64,000 nt of DNA from Nitrospirales bacterium. Its GTDB lineage: Bacteria > Nitrospirota > Nitrospiria > Nitrospirales > UBA8639. Positions 20,301 to 27,478 of this stretch are shown here, piece after piece (the first letter of the stretch is position 1; each line of letters opens with the position of its first letter). Under the pieces are notes generated by a model, which searched no databases, was not told the origin of the DNA, and saw only the letters and a program-made list of their open reading frames with translations. The position numbers and the translations under genes are program-made. The stretch lies in the NCBI GenBank assembly GCA_965217975.1, contig OZ244578.1, positions 597,690 through 661,689 on the forward strand. The letters run 5' to 3'.

Positions 20301-23300
20301 CCGATACCGCCAACAGCGCCGACGGCGATGTCATCTTCACCTTCATGTTCACCGAGGAGGTCAGCGGGTTTGATGTGAGCGGCATCAGCCTGACCGGCGG
20401 CACCGCCTCCGGCCCATTGAACGGCACCGCCCCCGGCGCAACCTATACGCTGGCCGTCACCCCGGCCCCCGATACCAATGACGGCATCATCAGCGTGGCC
20501 GTGATGGAGAATGAGGCCATCGGCGAAACGACCAACACCGGCAATATCGCGACCACCACCCCCGCCACGCAGAAGTACGACACGCTCGCGCCGGCCATGC
20601 CGAGCATTGACGCCATCACCGGAGACAATGTCATCAACGACACCGAAAGAGTCGCCGGCGTCCCCGTCACCGGCGACGTTGAGCGCGGCGCGAACGTGGC
20701 GCTCTGCTTCAACGACGGCACCGGGACCATCGCCGACTGCACCGGCGGCGTGGCAGCCACCGACGCCCCCGAGAACACCGCCTGGAGTTATGATCTGACC
20801 ACCGACAACATCAACACCCTGGGCGAGGGCGCCCACGTCGCGCGCGCCGTCGCCACGGATGCGGCCGGCAACCCCGGTCCGGCGGCAAGCCAACCCTTCA
20901 CCGTGGACATCACGGCGCCGGACGCCCCGACCTTTAACCTCCCCGCCGCCGGCGACATCATCAACATCGCCGAGCGGGATACCGGCGTCACCATCGGCGG
21001 CGACGTTCGCGACCCCGGCGTGAGCGTGTCCGTCTGCCTCGGCGCCGCCAGTCTCACCGATGCCCCCTGCACCGGCGGCACGACCGTCACCATCACAGAC
21101 GGCGTCACCGACACGACCTGGCGTTATACGCTCTCGGTCGCCGAAGTGAACGCGATGGGCCAGGGCGACGAGATCCTGCTCGCCACCACCATAGACCCGG
21201 CCGGCAACCGCAGTGCGCTCGGCAGCACAACCATCAACGTGGACACCACCGTGCCGGTCTTCACCTCCGGCCTCACCGGTGCGGTGGCGGTCGGTGCGAC
21301 CAGCGCCACGGTCACCGCCTACGACGCCACCGCCAGAGACAACAACGGCGGCGATGACGACGGCATCACCTACACCCTGGGCGGCGCGCATGCCGGTCTG
21401 TTCAGCATCGTCGCCGACACCGGCATCGTCACCTACAACGACGACCAGAATGTCGAGGCCATCCACACCATCGTCATCACCGCCACCGACACGGCCGGCA
21501 ACACCGCCGAACGGATCGTGACCATCTCGGCACTGAACGCGCCCGCGGTGGACATTACCAGCAGCACCCCCCTCATGGACTATGCCAACGGCGTCATCAC
21601 CTTCACCATCAGCTTCACCGAGGCGGTCACCGGGTTTGAGCCGACCGGCGACGTCAGCGTAGCCGGCGGCATGGGGGAAGCGATTACGCCGACCCCGGAT
21701 GCGGCAACCACCTATGAGACAACAGACACCTTTACCCTGCCCGTGACCCCGGGCACCGACAATGACGGCGTTCTCACCGTCACGGTGAGGGCCAATGCGG
21801 TCATGGGCACGGTCACCCTGACCGGCAACCCGGAAACCTCGGTGACCCGGCAGTATGACACCGTGGCACCCATCATCACCGGCGGCGCCACCGCCACGGC
21901 CATGTTTATCGTCAACGACCCGGTCGCCACCGAAGTCTATAACGCCGACGCGACAGACGACGGCGGCACGGATGATGACGGCATCACCTACAGCTTGAGC
22001 GGCGCCAATGCCGGTCTGTTCACCATCCACCCCGCCACCGGCTCGGTCACCTACCAGACCAGCCCGACCGACGCGGCCGTCCACACCATCGTCATCACCG
22101 CCACCGACAAAGGCGGCAACACCGACACCATCATGGTCACCGTCACCGCTGTCTTAAGCGACAACGCCGCCCTGTCGGCGCTGACCGTCACCACCACTGG
22201 CGACGCCGTCGTCCCGCTCTCTCCGGCCTTCGCCACCGCCACCAGCGCCTATACCGCCACCGTCCGCCAGGAAGTCACCAGCGTCACCATCACCCTCCCC
22301 ACCGCCCACGCCGGCGCCACCGCCGGCATCGCCGGCACCGCCGCCGACGGCACTACCGCCCTGAACGTCACCGGCAGCACCGTCACCGGCCTGACCGAAG
22401 GCATCAGCCCCAACACCAACACCATCCTCGTCACGGTCACCGCCGCCGACATGGTCACCATGAACATCTACACCATCACCCTGACCCGCGCCCCCCTCCT
22501 GACATTCGGCACCGGCGTCACCATTGACGACCAGACCTACAACATCGGCGAAACCATCGCCGCCCTGACCCTGCCCGTCGCCACCGGCGGCCTCGGTACG
22601 TTGAGCTACACACTGACCCCGCCCGCCAACATCCCGGCGGACCTGGTGTTTGCCAGTGCCTCTCGCATCCTTAGTGGCACACCGAGCGTGCTTGATACCC
22701 AACCCCTGACCTACACCGTCACCGACGGCGCCACCCCCCCGGTCTCAACCACGTTGACCTTCAACGTGATGATCGTGCGAGGGATAACGGTCACACCCGG
22801 CAGCACCGCCGACATACCGCTGGACCTGGATGGCGACATGGCCGCCAACGACCCCGAAGACGGAATCCTGACTCTGCCCCCCGGCCACACCGTCACCGAA
22901 GCCATCATCGGCGTCCCGCCGGAGACCGCCGTCGCCAACCCGCCCGCCGGCGTGATCTTCAGCCTGACGACGGACATCATGTTGGACATGGCCCTGACGT
23001 TGCCCGCGACCGTCTGCATGCCCACCACCGGCGTCCCGCCAGGCCGCGAACCGGTGCTTTACCACTACTTCGCCGGCACCTGGAACGAAATCGGCCGCGA
23101 CACCGCCACCCGCGCCGGCTACGTCTGCGGCGAGACCCTCACCTTCTCGCCCTTCGCGGTGGGCTATGCCCAACTCCGCGCCCGGCTGACGACCATCAGC
23201 CAAACCCTCCTGCCGGAAGTGGCACGGGCCATCACGGACAGCACCGTCAACGCCATCACGCGGCGTATAGCGCAATCCAGCGCCGGCGCTGTCCGCGAGA

Positions 23301-24664
23301 TCATTTATATTCCCCATGCCGCCACGGGCCATGAGCAAGGCTCGTTCACCCTCGGCGGCCAAACCACCCTGGCCGGCATCCTGACCACCGGCGGGCAAGC
23401 GCTGGCCGACGGCACCCTGGACCTGTACGACATCGTGAGCCGCTCCGACTTTGTGCTGCCGATCAACCCCGCCAATGGGCTGGCGCAGCACCTGACCCTC
23501 TGGGGCGGCGCCGACTACCGCGGCCTCAACGGCACCGGCGGCGCCACGGACTGGGACGGAGGGCTATTCAGCATGAGACTGGGCGCGGACGCCCGCGTGC
23601 GGCACAACCTGCTGGCCGGGGCCGCCCTCACCTGGACCGATGGCGACTTTGACTATGGCGCACTGACGGACGACCCCACAGATCGCGGCGGCGACTATGC
23701 CCTTGAGCTCACCAGCCTCACCCCCTACGCAGGGTGGGCCGTCCTGCCGGCGGGCCGCCTGGACCTGTGGGCCACCGCGGGCTACGGCTGGGGCGAAGTA
23801 ACGCTCAACGATAGCGTCGTAGAACCGGTGCAAACCAGCGACGCCACGACAGTCATGGTAGGCGGAGGCATCAGCGGGCAGTTACTGAAAACCAACGCCA
23901 GCCAGTTGCGGATACACGGCGAAGTCATGCAGACATCCATGGATCTGGAAGGCCACGACAGAATTGAAGCGCTGACCGTCTCGGCCCGGCGGGTACGGGT
24001 GAACCTGGAAGGGAAGCATGACCAGGCGTTGCCCTACGGCGGGCGACTGGGCACCACGTTGGAGATGGGCATTCGGCATGACGGAGGAGACGGGCGCACC
24101 GGCACCGGCGTGGAAATGGGCGGCGGGCTAAGTTATCAGCACCCGGTTCAGGGCTTCACCCTGTCCAGCCAGAGCCGGGTGTTGCTGGGGCATACCGGCG
24201 GCTACGAAGACTGGGGCATCGGCGGCGCGTTTTCGGTGGCACCGGGCAAAGGCGGGCGCGGGTTGGCCCTCCGGCTGGCGCCCACCTACGGCCAAACCGC
24301 AACGCGCACCGCGCAACTCTGGGATCAAAATGCGGCGGATCTGACCGGCACGGACGCAGCGGCCATGGGTCGGCGAATGGATGCGGAAATAGGCTACGGG
24401 CTGGCCATTGCGGACGGGCAAAGTCTCCTGACGCCATACGGAAAGCTGACATGGGGCGCCGGCACACGGGATTACCGGCTGGGGAGCCGCCTGGCGCTTC
24501 CCCTGGGGCTGACCATGAGCCTGGAAGGTGTACGCGGGGAGACGGTCGGCGCCCCGCCGGCGCATCGGCTCCAATGGCAGACCGCCTGGCGGTGGCTCAC
24601 CGCGTCCATGGAATCCTCCAGACAGGAGCGCCGTCTCCAACTGAAGGCCGAGTGGCAGTGGTAG
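8399..24664 (+). CDS. Giant (about 5,400 aa) repetitive surface adhesin-like protein: Calx-beta, He_PIG/dystroglycan-type Ig, SbsA/Big-like, cadherin-like and lectin-like modules, with a C-terminal autotransporter-type beta-barrel
   Basis: One uninterrupted 16.3-kb ORF (track 8324..24664). Candidate starts are ATG 8399 or ATG 8432; the latter gives the signal peptide MPKHPLATRLKILLPALMLVALASAETSAQA. Ten Calx-beta-like units (DYTAVSGQTLSFTG...F.V.I.DD..E). Many units with PLTYTLTP..SIPAGLSFD...L.GTPT...TDANG. Cadherin-like units (ITYTLGG..AGLFSI...TGIVTY...H.IVITATD.AGN). The C terminus ends in LQLKAEWQW. Confidence 0.9.
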   Translation: MNHQAITPPIPMPKHPLATRLKILLPALMLVALASAETSAQAPPPTLDLEPTGVPVDISNTATLTITDNDSELVVNSVGYYADEAATLPIIEGAINTHIYMVIEFNSDVQHVNTVDDVTLQTSERVTGQPGILVRHQSVIPGVIPPIVRIPIRADNTAFPNLVSACRARFAGDTSEYLCQVFLREGSFGTGALRLVVEAGGTSNTAGNTLAADYVDEDEDGGGGVTVVDPQDPPTVLSITHYSDAARSTAAEISDTDTVRGGTIYSVIQFAGLPIASSEFFYQIGPDAADRVRFGDDAPTGDTPPQNGTCALLERGTGLAAANQSFWCRYNLRLSDAGAGDYQVIVGTGTTDTAGEPLADPFPSASVTLDVETGTATLSIAAVDVDEGAGTATVSVTVDDAVTGGFSVDAMTDDGTATAPGDYTAVSGQTLSFTGTAAPETLSFTVTIIDDPLYEGGTSGVPETVAVSLGNLQNNATDVDISSAAATISIRDNDYEVALTMEDVSVSEGVGSTATVIVSVDTRVPGAFSVEASTADGTATASGDYTIVSDQVLSFTGEAGEMQTFSVPIANDSMQEFPETLTVSLSNLQVTTDTATTAGTLRPVSATITIMDDDIDTGDINLHLLFPVTFNGKTYRYLDNNGDGLADAGDLVSHIALDNLLNGGSDTMDTQTTRLGGHNGQDDARAVIVGDMIVILPTLAELKALRSSQPNTSPLNWRRPTNPLEGYWTSTRSTNGHSYYRFSDEVVADRTDIGHNYVAFQVRTLPTFSAGIADQAYTVGQTVALTLPKAGGGVGTLTYTLTRDDGSPVLPLGLTFDDMARTISGASTVVFGGIDGASMRYTATDAIGAVRDIVFVLRVAAAPALVAIAEQTYTATTVVNLTLPVSTTGATPLTYTLTPSASIPAGLTFDAAMRTLTGTPTTATAAGTLTYAVTDANGVAASQTFMVTVNAMLSIANVEVGEGDGTAIVTVSVDIMVPGGFSVDISTMDDTAIADEDYTAVIRQTLAFTGETAETHTVSIAITNDKAVEGPETLTLLLTDLDGTTAPVVIGNPAMVTITDDDTAVLTILSTSSGESTSSLALDIFVSVILGDAVPGGFTVLFETADDTATAGEDYTAVSRILTFEGTADELHRVSIPVLPDDVPERAESFTVSLRDLDNTQADVDISATATPTIRVSDGGIVGFGDAVIADQVYVANTIITPLTLPEPIAADFTGTPFYTLTPASTIPPGLSFDAATHTLSDMPTATTTTPVTLIYTASNSGTSASLTFSITVVAIGVGSVTHYSDAAAATPITDLVSSGEIYSVVVFGANVSNENATDTTARPAIAYTLGNDTPVQFGIVAHDAVLANGNCRAALATDTSRYTCHYSVADSGPNVAANDPGAYTLSVLDVTTDEVSSMALDAYDADAGVTIGVRPELRSVTYYADSEATMELTENAVIGSAVYAVLEFSENMDNINGVAGSLDMDGLPTLGVWTANPIGFNGESLVSHVILAHNARLRHDTCQAESAEVTSRYLCRTNLALAQDYVRFVVKQDARDLAGNTLAMEVQTDNFPLINPLPPEVRSIMHYADSARTKPIRDGDVVSGGDIYSVIQFSGLTVPGSSLEVFYKLGSAMRMPFSINLTTQEDRTCNRPGDGGSNPFLDPQWQCRYSVGAADDGRYQVIVGAGTQDTLGQPLGADSTVDSGVIISALRFAADADIADQTYTAGTAITPLPLPQATGGVAPLTYRLTPTASIPAGLSFDAAAGTLEGRPATSTAAVALTYVVTDANGVTTSQTFLVTVSAVLSIADVVVDEGVGIAIVTVRLDHAVPGGFMVDALLLDVSATAVADYTADVSRTLTFAGTAGEPQTFSVTIVDDALDEDDETVTLSLDNLEGNSVPVDISDTATLTITDNDSGLTVTSVGYFADEAAAITGAATTVITEAAIGTHVYMVIQFSENVQNVNTVDGLNIPSSERRTGQPAIFVRHLGVVPFSSILNSRLPIHAHNTAFQNGVNACRVIPSSGTSAYLCQVFLPPEIVAPGTPLQVVLAAGAASTSAGNTLAVEHVDTGIGVVDTPAAPVPSITHYSDADRSTAISGTVTGGTIYSVIEFAGLIIASQEIFYQIGDAAAERVQFGVHTPGDTPENGTCALIAGDYSMVPANQSFLCRYNTRSGDTGTGDTSTTYHVIVGTGTTDTAGQTAAEFTSSVTLNVTTGTATLSIMDVEVDEDAGTATVSVTVDDAVMSGFSVDAMTVDDAGTATDGEDYTAVSGQTLSFAGTFDGETLSFTVPIIDDALYEGGESGDVKETVVVSLVNPQNATNVDSSNTATIRITDNEYQVALTMEDFSVNENTGTATVSVSLETAVDNPFSVEASTTDGTATAPGDYTAIPSQILSFTGTTASEIQTFSVTIINDSMREFPETLTVSLSNLDVPTDTATTVGTLRPVSATITIMDNDINTRGINLNLIFPVTAEGKTYFYLDQNGNGIADIGDVVTHIALDNLLNNGIDTDVTQDRMHNGQDDARSVIVGDRVVILPTVAELTALRSSQSNTAPLAWPNPSSGGEYWTANLAGTVSHVHSDYSFSNGMDTGLVDSILNYVAFQVRTLPTFSAGIADQTYTVGQPVALTLPDAAGGVGTLSYTLTRDDGAPVLPAGLSFDRVARTINGTPSEPFGDTAGARMRYTATDATGAVRDIVFRLRVAAAPAIGAIADQNYTADIDVNLTLPVTGGIAPLTYTLTPTASIPAGLSFDGARTLAGTPTTATAAVALTYVVTDANGVAASQTFMVTVSAVLSITDVEVGEGDGPATVTVRLEHDVPGGFMVEAFLLGVSATAGADYIADVSRTLTFDGAAGDQTFSVTIVDDALDEDDSETVTLSLDNLEGTGVPVDISDTATLTITDNDSGLTVTSVGYFADASEALTISQAAIGSSIYIVVEFSENVEQVNTVFNEGVIGRPTIRVRSYRLGFGAGIVDERIPIRADNAAFPNEANACRTQVAGDTSAYLCQVFLHPVLTGTDAPLQVVLTAGAASTSAGNTLAVEHVDTGIAVVDTPAAPAVMSITHYSDADIETATEISGTVTGGTIYSVIQFTGLPLVSPEIFYQIGTAARVQFGGHPSGDTPENGTCALLDSGTGLALANQSFLCRYNTRTADTGTTYQVIVGTGTTDTARQPLDPEFASSVMLDVTTGTATLSIADVEVNEGAGTATVSVTVDDAVTGGFSVDAMTADSTGTATAGEDYTAVTQTLSFAGTFAGETLSFTVTIIDDALYEGGESGDLKETVAVSLGTPVGNTEGTAVSVDSSATATISITDNEYLVVLTMEDFSVNENAGMATVSVSLETAVPDAFSVVASTEDGTGIGIATADEDYTAISGQILSFAGTFAGERQTFSVTIPPGDTTPEFPETLTVSLSNLDVPTDTATRVGMLRPVSATITIMDDDIDTGDINLNLLFPVTVEGKTYFYLDQNGNGRADVEDIVTHIALNRLLNGGSATEATQDGVHNGQDDARSVIVGDTTLILPTVEELTMLRSLQSNTAPAHWQNPSLGGEYWTANVNMDLTDSFGAPQFFFDYGFSDGMATEVNRLNFNYVAFQVRTLPTFSAGIATPQTYTVGQTVTLPLPDAAGGVGTLSYTLTRDDGSPRLPAGLSFDPVARTISGMPGEPFGDTAGARLRYTATDTTGAVRDILFVLRVAAAPALVAIDDQNYTANTAVNLTLPAATGGIAPLTYTLTPTASLPTDLVFDAAELTLKGIPPATATDAVTLTYTVTDANGFTAEQTFTLEVFSAPTIADTVPDQIYTVGQPVALMLPEATAGAPLLTYTLTRIDGGTPLLPDGLTFDATARTISDAPKATFSASAGVGVGLLYTVTDTNGVVASTDFTLLVNAAVTFNTSVIPAPDSAYTYPLNTAITTLTLPPATGGTGVLTYTLTPTDSIPGELTFDAGALTLAGMPTMVTAAVALTYAATDANDVAATLTFTVAVVDRPAVTITDSIATDTANSADGDVIFTFMFTEEVSGFDVSGISLTGGTASGPLNGTAPGATYTLAVTPAPDTNDGIISVAVMENEAIGETTNTGNIATTTPATQKYDTLAPAMPSIDAITGDNVINDTERVAGVPVTGDVERGANVALCFNDGTGTIADCTGGVAATDAPENTAWSYDLTTDNINTLGEGAHVARAVATDAAGNPGPAASQPFTVDITAPDAPTFNLPAAGDIINIAERDTGVTIGGDVRDPGVSVSVCLGAASLTDAPCTGGTTVTITDGVTDTTWRYTLSVAEVNAMGQGDEILLATTIDPAGNRSALGSTTINVDTTVPVFTSGLTGAVAVGATSATVTAYDATARDNNGGDDDGITYTLGGAHAGLFSIVADTGIVTYNDDQNVEAIHTIVITATDTAGNTAERIVTISALNAPAVDITSSTPLMDYANGVITFTISFTEAVTGFEPTGDVSVAGGMGEAITPTPDAATTYETTDTFTLPVTPGTDNDGVLTVTVRANAVMGTVTLTGNPETSVTRQYDTVAPIITGGATATAMFIVNDPVATEVYNADATDDGGTDDDGITYSLSGANAGLFTIHPATGSVTYQTSPTDAAVHTIVITATDKGGNTDTIMVTVTAVLSDNAALSALTVTTTGDAVVPLSPAFATATSAYTATVRQEVTSVTITLPTAHAGATAGIAGTAADGTTALNVTGSTVTGLTEGISPNTNTILVTVTAADMVTMNIYTITLTRAPLLTFGTGVTIDDQTYNIGETIAALTLPVATGGLGTLSYTLTPPANIPADLVFASASRILSGTPSVLDTQPLTYTVTDGATPPVSTTLTFNVMIVRGITVTPGSTADIPLDLDGDMAANDPEDGILTLPPGHTVTEAIIGVPPETAVANPPAGVIFSLTTDIMLDMALTLPATVCMPTTGVPPGREPVLYHYFAGTWNEIGRDTATRAGYVCGETLTFSPFAVGYAQLRARLTTISQTLLPEVARAITDSTVNAITRRIAQSSAGAVREIIYIPHAATGHEQGSFTLGGQTTLAGILTTGGQALADGTLDLYDIVSRSDFVLPINPANGLAQHLTLWGGADYRGLNGTGGATDWDGGLFSMRLGADARVRHNLLAGAALTWTDGDFDYGALTDDPTDRGGDYALELTSLTPYAGWAVLPAGRLDLWATAGYGWGEVTLNDSVVEPVQTSDATTVMVGGGISGQLLKTNASQLRIHGEVMQTSMDLEGHDRIEALTVSARRVRVNLEGKHDQALPYGGRLGTTLEMGIRHDGGDGRTGTGVEMGGGLSYQHPVQGFTLSSQSRVLLGHTGGYEDWGIGGAFSVAPGKGGRGLALRLAPTYGQTATRTAQLWDQNAADLTGTDAAAMGRRMDAEIGYGLAIADGQSLLTPYGKLTWGAGTRDYRLGSRLALPLGLTMSLEGVRGETVGAPPAHRLQWQTAWRWLTASMESSRQERRLQLKAEWQW
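8558..14039 (+). repeat. Intragenic mega-repeat unit 1 (5.48 kb; the unit 2/3 module order plus about 2.5 kb of extra modules)
   Basis: Starts with GTACCGGTGGATATCAGCAACACCGCCACGCTGACCATCACCGATAACGATAGCG. This anchor recurs almost identically at 14040 and 16988. A second anchor, CCGGAAACCCTGACGGTGTCGTTGAGCAACCTG, is at 10130. Confidence 0.85.
14040..16987 (+). repeat. Intragenic mega-repeat unit 2 (2.95 kb)
   Basis: Same anchor at 14040 and second anchor at 15593. Module order: two Cys-pair Ig-like modules, two Calx-beta, one lectin-like, two He_PIG, one Calx-beta. Confidence 0.85.
16988..19660 (+). repeat. Intragenic mega-repeat unit 3 (about 2.7 kb; diverges from unit 2 near 19650)
   Basis: Same anchor at 16988 and second anchor at 18533. 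Long stretches are roughly 90% identical to units 1 and 2 at the DNA level, judged by eye. Confidence 0.8.
23491..24661 (+). other. Autotransporter-like beta-barrel translocator domain of the giant protein
   Basis: LTLWGGADYRGLNGTGG..WDGGLFSMRLGADARV..., followed by alternating amphipathic strands rich in G, Y and W. Terminal aromatic residue (..AEWQW). Preceded by a helical linker (LLPEVARAITDSTVNAITRRIAQ). Confidence 0.7.
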
Positions 24665-24741
24665 GTAGTCGGCTGGCATCATCAAGCGCGAACCCCGGCA
24701 ACCTCTGACAACAAGCCATCGGCGGGAACACCGCCGCCGTT

Positions 24742-24763
24742 ATTCCCGCGTCCCGGCGGGAAT
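24742..24763 (+). terminator. Possible stem-loop downstream of the giant gene (no T-tract)
   Basis: ATTCCCGC-gtcccg-GCGGGAAT forms an 8-bp stem. A further GCGGGAA copy lies at 24722-24728. Confidence 0.25.
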
Positions 24764-25154
24764 CCAGTTCCCCCGGCGACGCCCGGATTCTCGTTTTCAC
24801 GGGGGGACCGTCAAGCGTAGAAATCCCTGTGCGGGCATGACGAAAGTGGCGGACAGGCGGTTGTTGGTATTGACGCACTCGGCTGGGCTGTGCTGCCGGG
24901 TGGCAGCCGGATCTCATGAGTTGGCAGGACTGTTTTGTTTATTGAGGTATGCAACCCTTCATTAAGCCTTCCATCGGCACCCCGTCTTCATTGACCATTC
25001 CCTGTGTTCCTCTGCTTTGCATTGCAGTCAACGTGACTCCGCGGCGTATGCCCTGGAGAGGGTGCAGTCTTTCAATGTCGCACGAAAGAGACGGAGGCTC
25101 TGATGTATCAGGAGCAAGGCCGAACGGGTATCCTGTCCTGCGCGGTGGCGCTTT

Positions 25155-26006
25155 TCAGGAAAACCGTCGTAACGAACTGGCGAGGCCCAGGCAGGAGAGA
25201 CTGTAGATGAGCCACTTTGAGGGATCAAAATTATACCACTTGCAGCCATTCCGATAATCACTTTTATACATGTGATGATAGTTATGGTACCCCTCGCCAA
25301 ACGTGACGAGCGAGACCCACCAACTGTCACGACTGGAATCGGACTGTCCGTGCGGTTGGGCACCCCAGATGTGGCAAATGGAATTGATGCAAAAGGTGGA
25401 ATTCAGGACAAAAAACGTTCGTCCGAGTCCGGCCAGCAGGAAACACCCCAGTCCGCCAACCCAGCCGTCGCTCACAAACCCCACGACAAACGTCAACATC
25501 AGGCCCGACAGGACGATCGGAACATAATTCCGATTTTGCCACATCACGACCGGGTCCATCTGCAGTTTGGTGGCATATTTGGGGTCTTTATAAGGATCAA
25601 TCCGAAAGAGCCAGCCGCAATGACTGTGCCAGAATCCCAGTTTCGCGTTATAGGGATCCTCGTTCTTGTCGCACCGGGCATGGTGGCGGATGTGGTCTGA
25701 TGCCCATTTCAGGCCGGAGTTTTGCAACGCCCAGCCGCCGGCAATCAACAACAGGCCCTTGACCCAATTGGGGCACGTAAAACTCCGATGCGACAGTAAG
25801 CGATGGTATCCCACGGTAATGCCCAATCCCGTGATGACGTAGAGTATCGCAAACATGGTCCAGGCAACCGGAGAATAATCATAAAAATACGCGTAGATGG
25901 GCATCCCGATGACGGTGCCGCTCGTGACACTGCTGAACAGCACGACATTCAGTTTGTCAAGGGGTCTTTTTTCGTTGGTCGCAAGGGTCTCTGTCAACGT
26001 TTCCAT
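25155..26006 (-). CDS. Acyl-CoA/acyl-lipid delta-9-type fatty acid desaturase
   Basis: Three histidine boxes: HRLLSHRSF, HRHHHARCD and HNYHH. TM segments are present. Confidence 0.9.
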   Translation of the reverse strand: METLTETLATNEKRPLDKLNVVLFSSVTSGTVIGMPIYAYFYDYSPVAWTMFAILYVITGLGITVGYHRLLSHRSFTCPNWVKGLLLIAGGWALQNSGLKWASDHIRHHARCDKNEDPYNAKLGFWHSHCGWLFRIDPYKDPKYATKLQMDPVVMWQNRNYVPIVLSGLMLTFVVGFVSDGWVGGLGCFLLAGLGRTFFVLNSTFCINSICHIWGAQPHGQSDSSRDSWWVSLVTFGEGYHNYHHMYKSDYRNGCKWYNFDPSKWLIYSLSCLGLASSLRRFS

Positions 26007-26167
26007 GGCCGTATTAGAACTCCTGGTTGCCTGTGAATTCTACCGCCACATCCTCCGGCGGCCAGCGATTTTTGCGAAGTCTCGAACCCGTAGATGGTAA
26101 TCGTACAGAATGAGCCATGTCAAGGGAGCGGGGACGAGAGCCATGGCGCGTGGGGAAGGGGTTGCCA

Positions 26168-26509
26168 TCAAGATTCGTCATCCGGTTCCTGGGGGCTGGC
26201 GTGTTGCGAGCCGGGTTTTTCGCGGAATTTTTTGATTTCCACCGTGGCGGCCTTGAAGGCGGCGCGAATCGCTTCCTCGAAGCTTTTCGCTTCTTTCCGT
26301 GCGGTCACGGTATGGCGTGGAGGCACGCTCACCACGAGCAACGCTTCGGCGTTATGGTCCCCATGTTTGTGATGCGGATTTTTGGTGAGCGTGACCCGTG
26401 CATGGGTGAGATTGTCGTATTCGCTTTGGAGGGCGGCGACCCGGTCCTCAATCTCCTGTTTCCATCGTGGCGTCATGCCGACGTTTCGACTGTCAATTTT
26501 GACATCCAT
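26168..26509 (-). CDS. hpf: Ribosome hibernation promoting factor / sigma-54 modulation protein family (short HPF/RaiA type)
   Basis: MDVKIDSRNVGMTPRWKQEIEDRV...LTHARVTLTK....AEALLVVSVP......ARKEAKSFEEAIRAAF.K, typical of the family. GGAGGGA Shine-Dalgarno (SD) sequence upstream. Confidence 0.85.
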   Translation of the reverse strand: MDVKIDSRNVGMTPRWKQEIEDRVAALQSEYDNLTHARVTLTKNPHHKHGDHNAEALLVVSVPPRHTVTARKEAKSFEEAIRAAFKAATVEIKKFREKPGSQHASPQEPDDES

Positions 26510-26710
26510 TGTTGTTCCCTCCGCCTGGGTTGCGCCCGATCATGAGCGCCTCATGCCATACGGACAGCGTCCCGCAACTCTGTGCCCGCCATGCCGTGTG
26601 ACAGCATTCACGCACGTGCGATTCTCGCACCTACTCTCATCAAAATTCAATCTTGTTTGTCAAGCGGTTCTTGCGGTACCATGAGCCTCCATTGGCGTGT
26701 TGGAGGAATC

Positions 26711-27478
26711 ATGACAAAACAGGAAAATTCTGCGCAAGAGAAACGCACGATGCTCGACCGGAACATTGATCGCTTTCGTCAACAGGTCGCGGGCCTGAAA
26801 GTGTTTATCATGGGCGGCTCGTCAAAGATTTCGATTGAAGAATTTGATCTGGCCACCGAAGAGCTGATTGCCGAGGCGTTGGGAAACGCCTCCAGTTTGC
26901 TGGAGGCCTATGAATATGCCCAGTTGGGAGAGGCGGGCGGGCTGGTCAATCTGACAGAGGAAGCCCCGGAAGCGACAGGGCTGGATGATCAACGCGAAGC
27001 TCTCCGGCAACGTCAGCGCGTGTTGGAAAGTTGTATCGCGGATCTGGAAACCCGGAGGGCCCAGGCCAGTTCGGCCCGGCGTCACAAGAAAACCAGCGGC
27101 CCCACCGTGAGCGACTTTATGGCGAGGACCATTCGGTCCGTGTCGCATGACGCGACGCTGCGCGAGGCCGGGAAATTATTACAGAAATGGCGCATTGGAT
27201 CATTGCTGGTGGAAAGCGGAGATGAATTCATCGGGAGCATCACGGAAACCGAGTTGAGCCGGGAGGTGGTCGCCAATGGCATTGATCCCGAAACGGCGAC
27301 GGTCTCAACCTGTATGAGAGAACCCATCCTGACGATTGAAAGCCGAGAGCCTGTGGTGGAGGCGGTGCGGTGTATGAAGGAAAAAGCGACTCGCCACGTG
27401 TGTGTGACCGAAAGTGGAAAAATTGTCGGACTGATTTCCGTGTCCGATATTCTGCGTTATTATTCCGGCGTCACGTAA
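26711..27478 (+). CDS. CBS-domain pair protein with an N-terminal coiled-coil region
   Basis: GGAGG lies 5 nt upstream of ATG 26711. The C-terminal CBS pair reads VSDFMARTIRSVSHDATLREAGKLL...GIITETEL and VSTCMREPILTIE...VGLISVSDILRY. Confidence 0.8.
   Translation: MTKQENSAQEKRTMLDRNIDRFRQQVAGLKVFIMGGSSKISIEEFDLATEELIAEALGNASSLLEAYEYAQLGEAGGLVNLTEEAPEATGLDDQREALRQRQRVLESCIADLETRRAQASSARRHKKTSGPTVSDFMARTIRSVSHDATLREAGKLLQKWRIGSLLVESGDEFIGSITETELSREVVANGIDPETATVSTCMREPILTIESREPVVEAVRCMKEKATRHVCVTESGKIVGLISVSDILRYYSGVT

Noticed and set aside
19466-22084. An 872-aa minus-strand ORF, plus many other 60-260-aa minus-strand ORFs between 8400 and 24700.
   Set aside because: These are antisense shadows of the giant gene. 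Its GCC/ACC/GGC/GAC-rich codons leave the opposite strand free of stops. The translations are Gly/Arg/Asp/Val low-complexity with no domain pattern.
26510-26600. A possible sigma-54 promoter (TGGCAT...GC) upstream of hpf on the minus strand.
   Set aside because: The spacing between the GG and GC elements does not fit the GG-N10-GC consensus.
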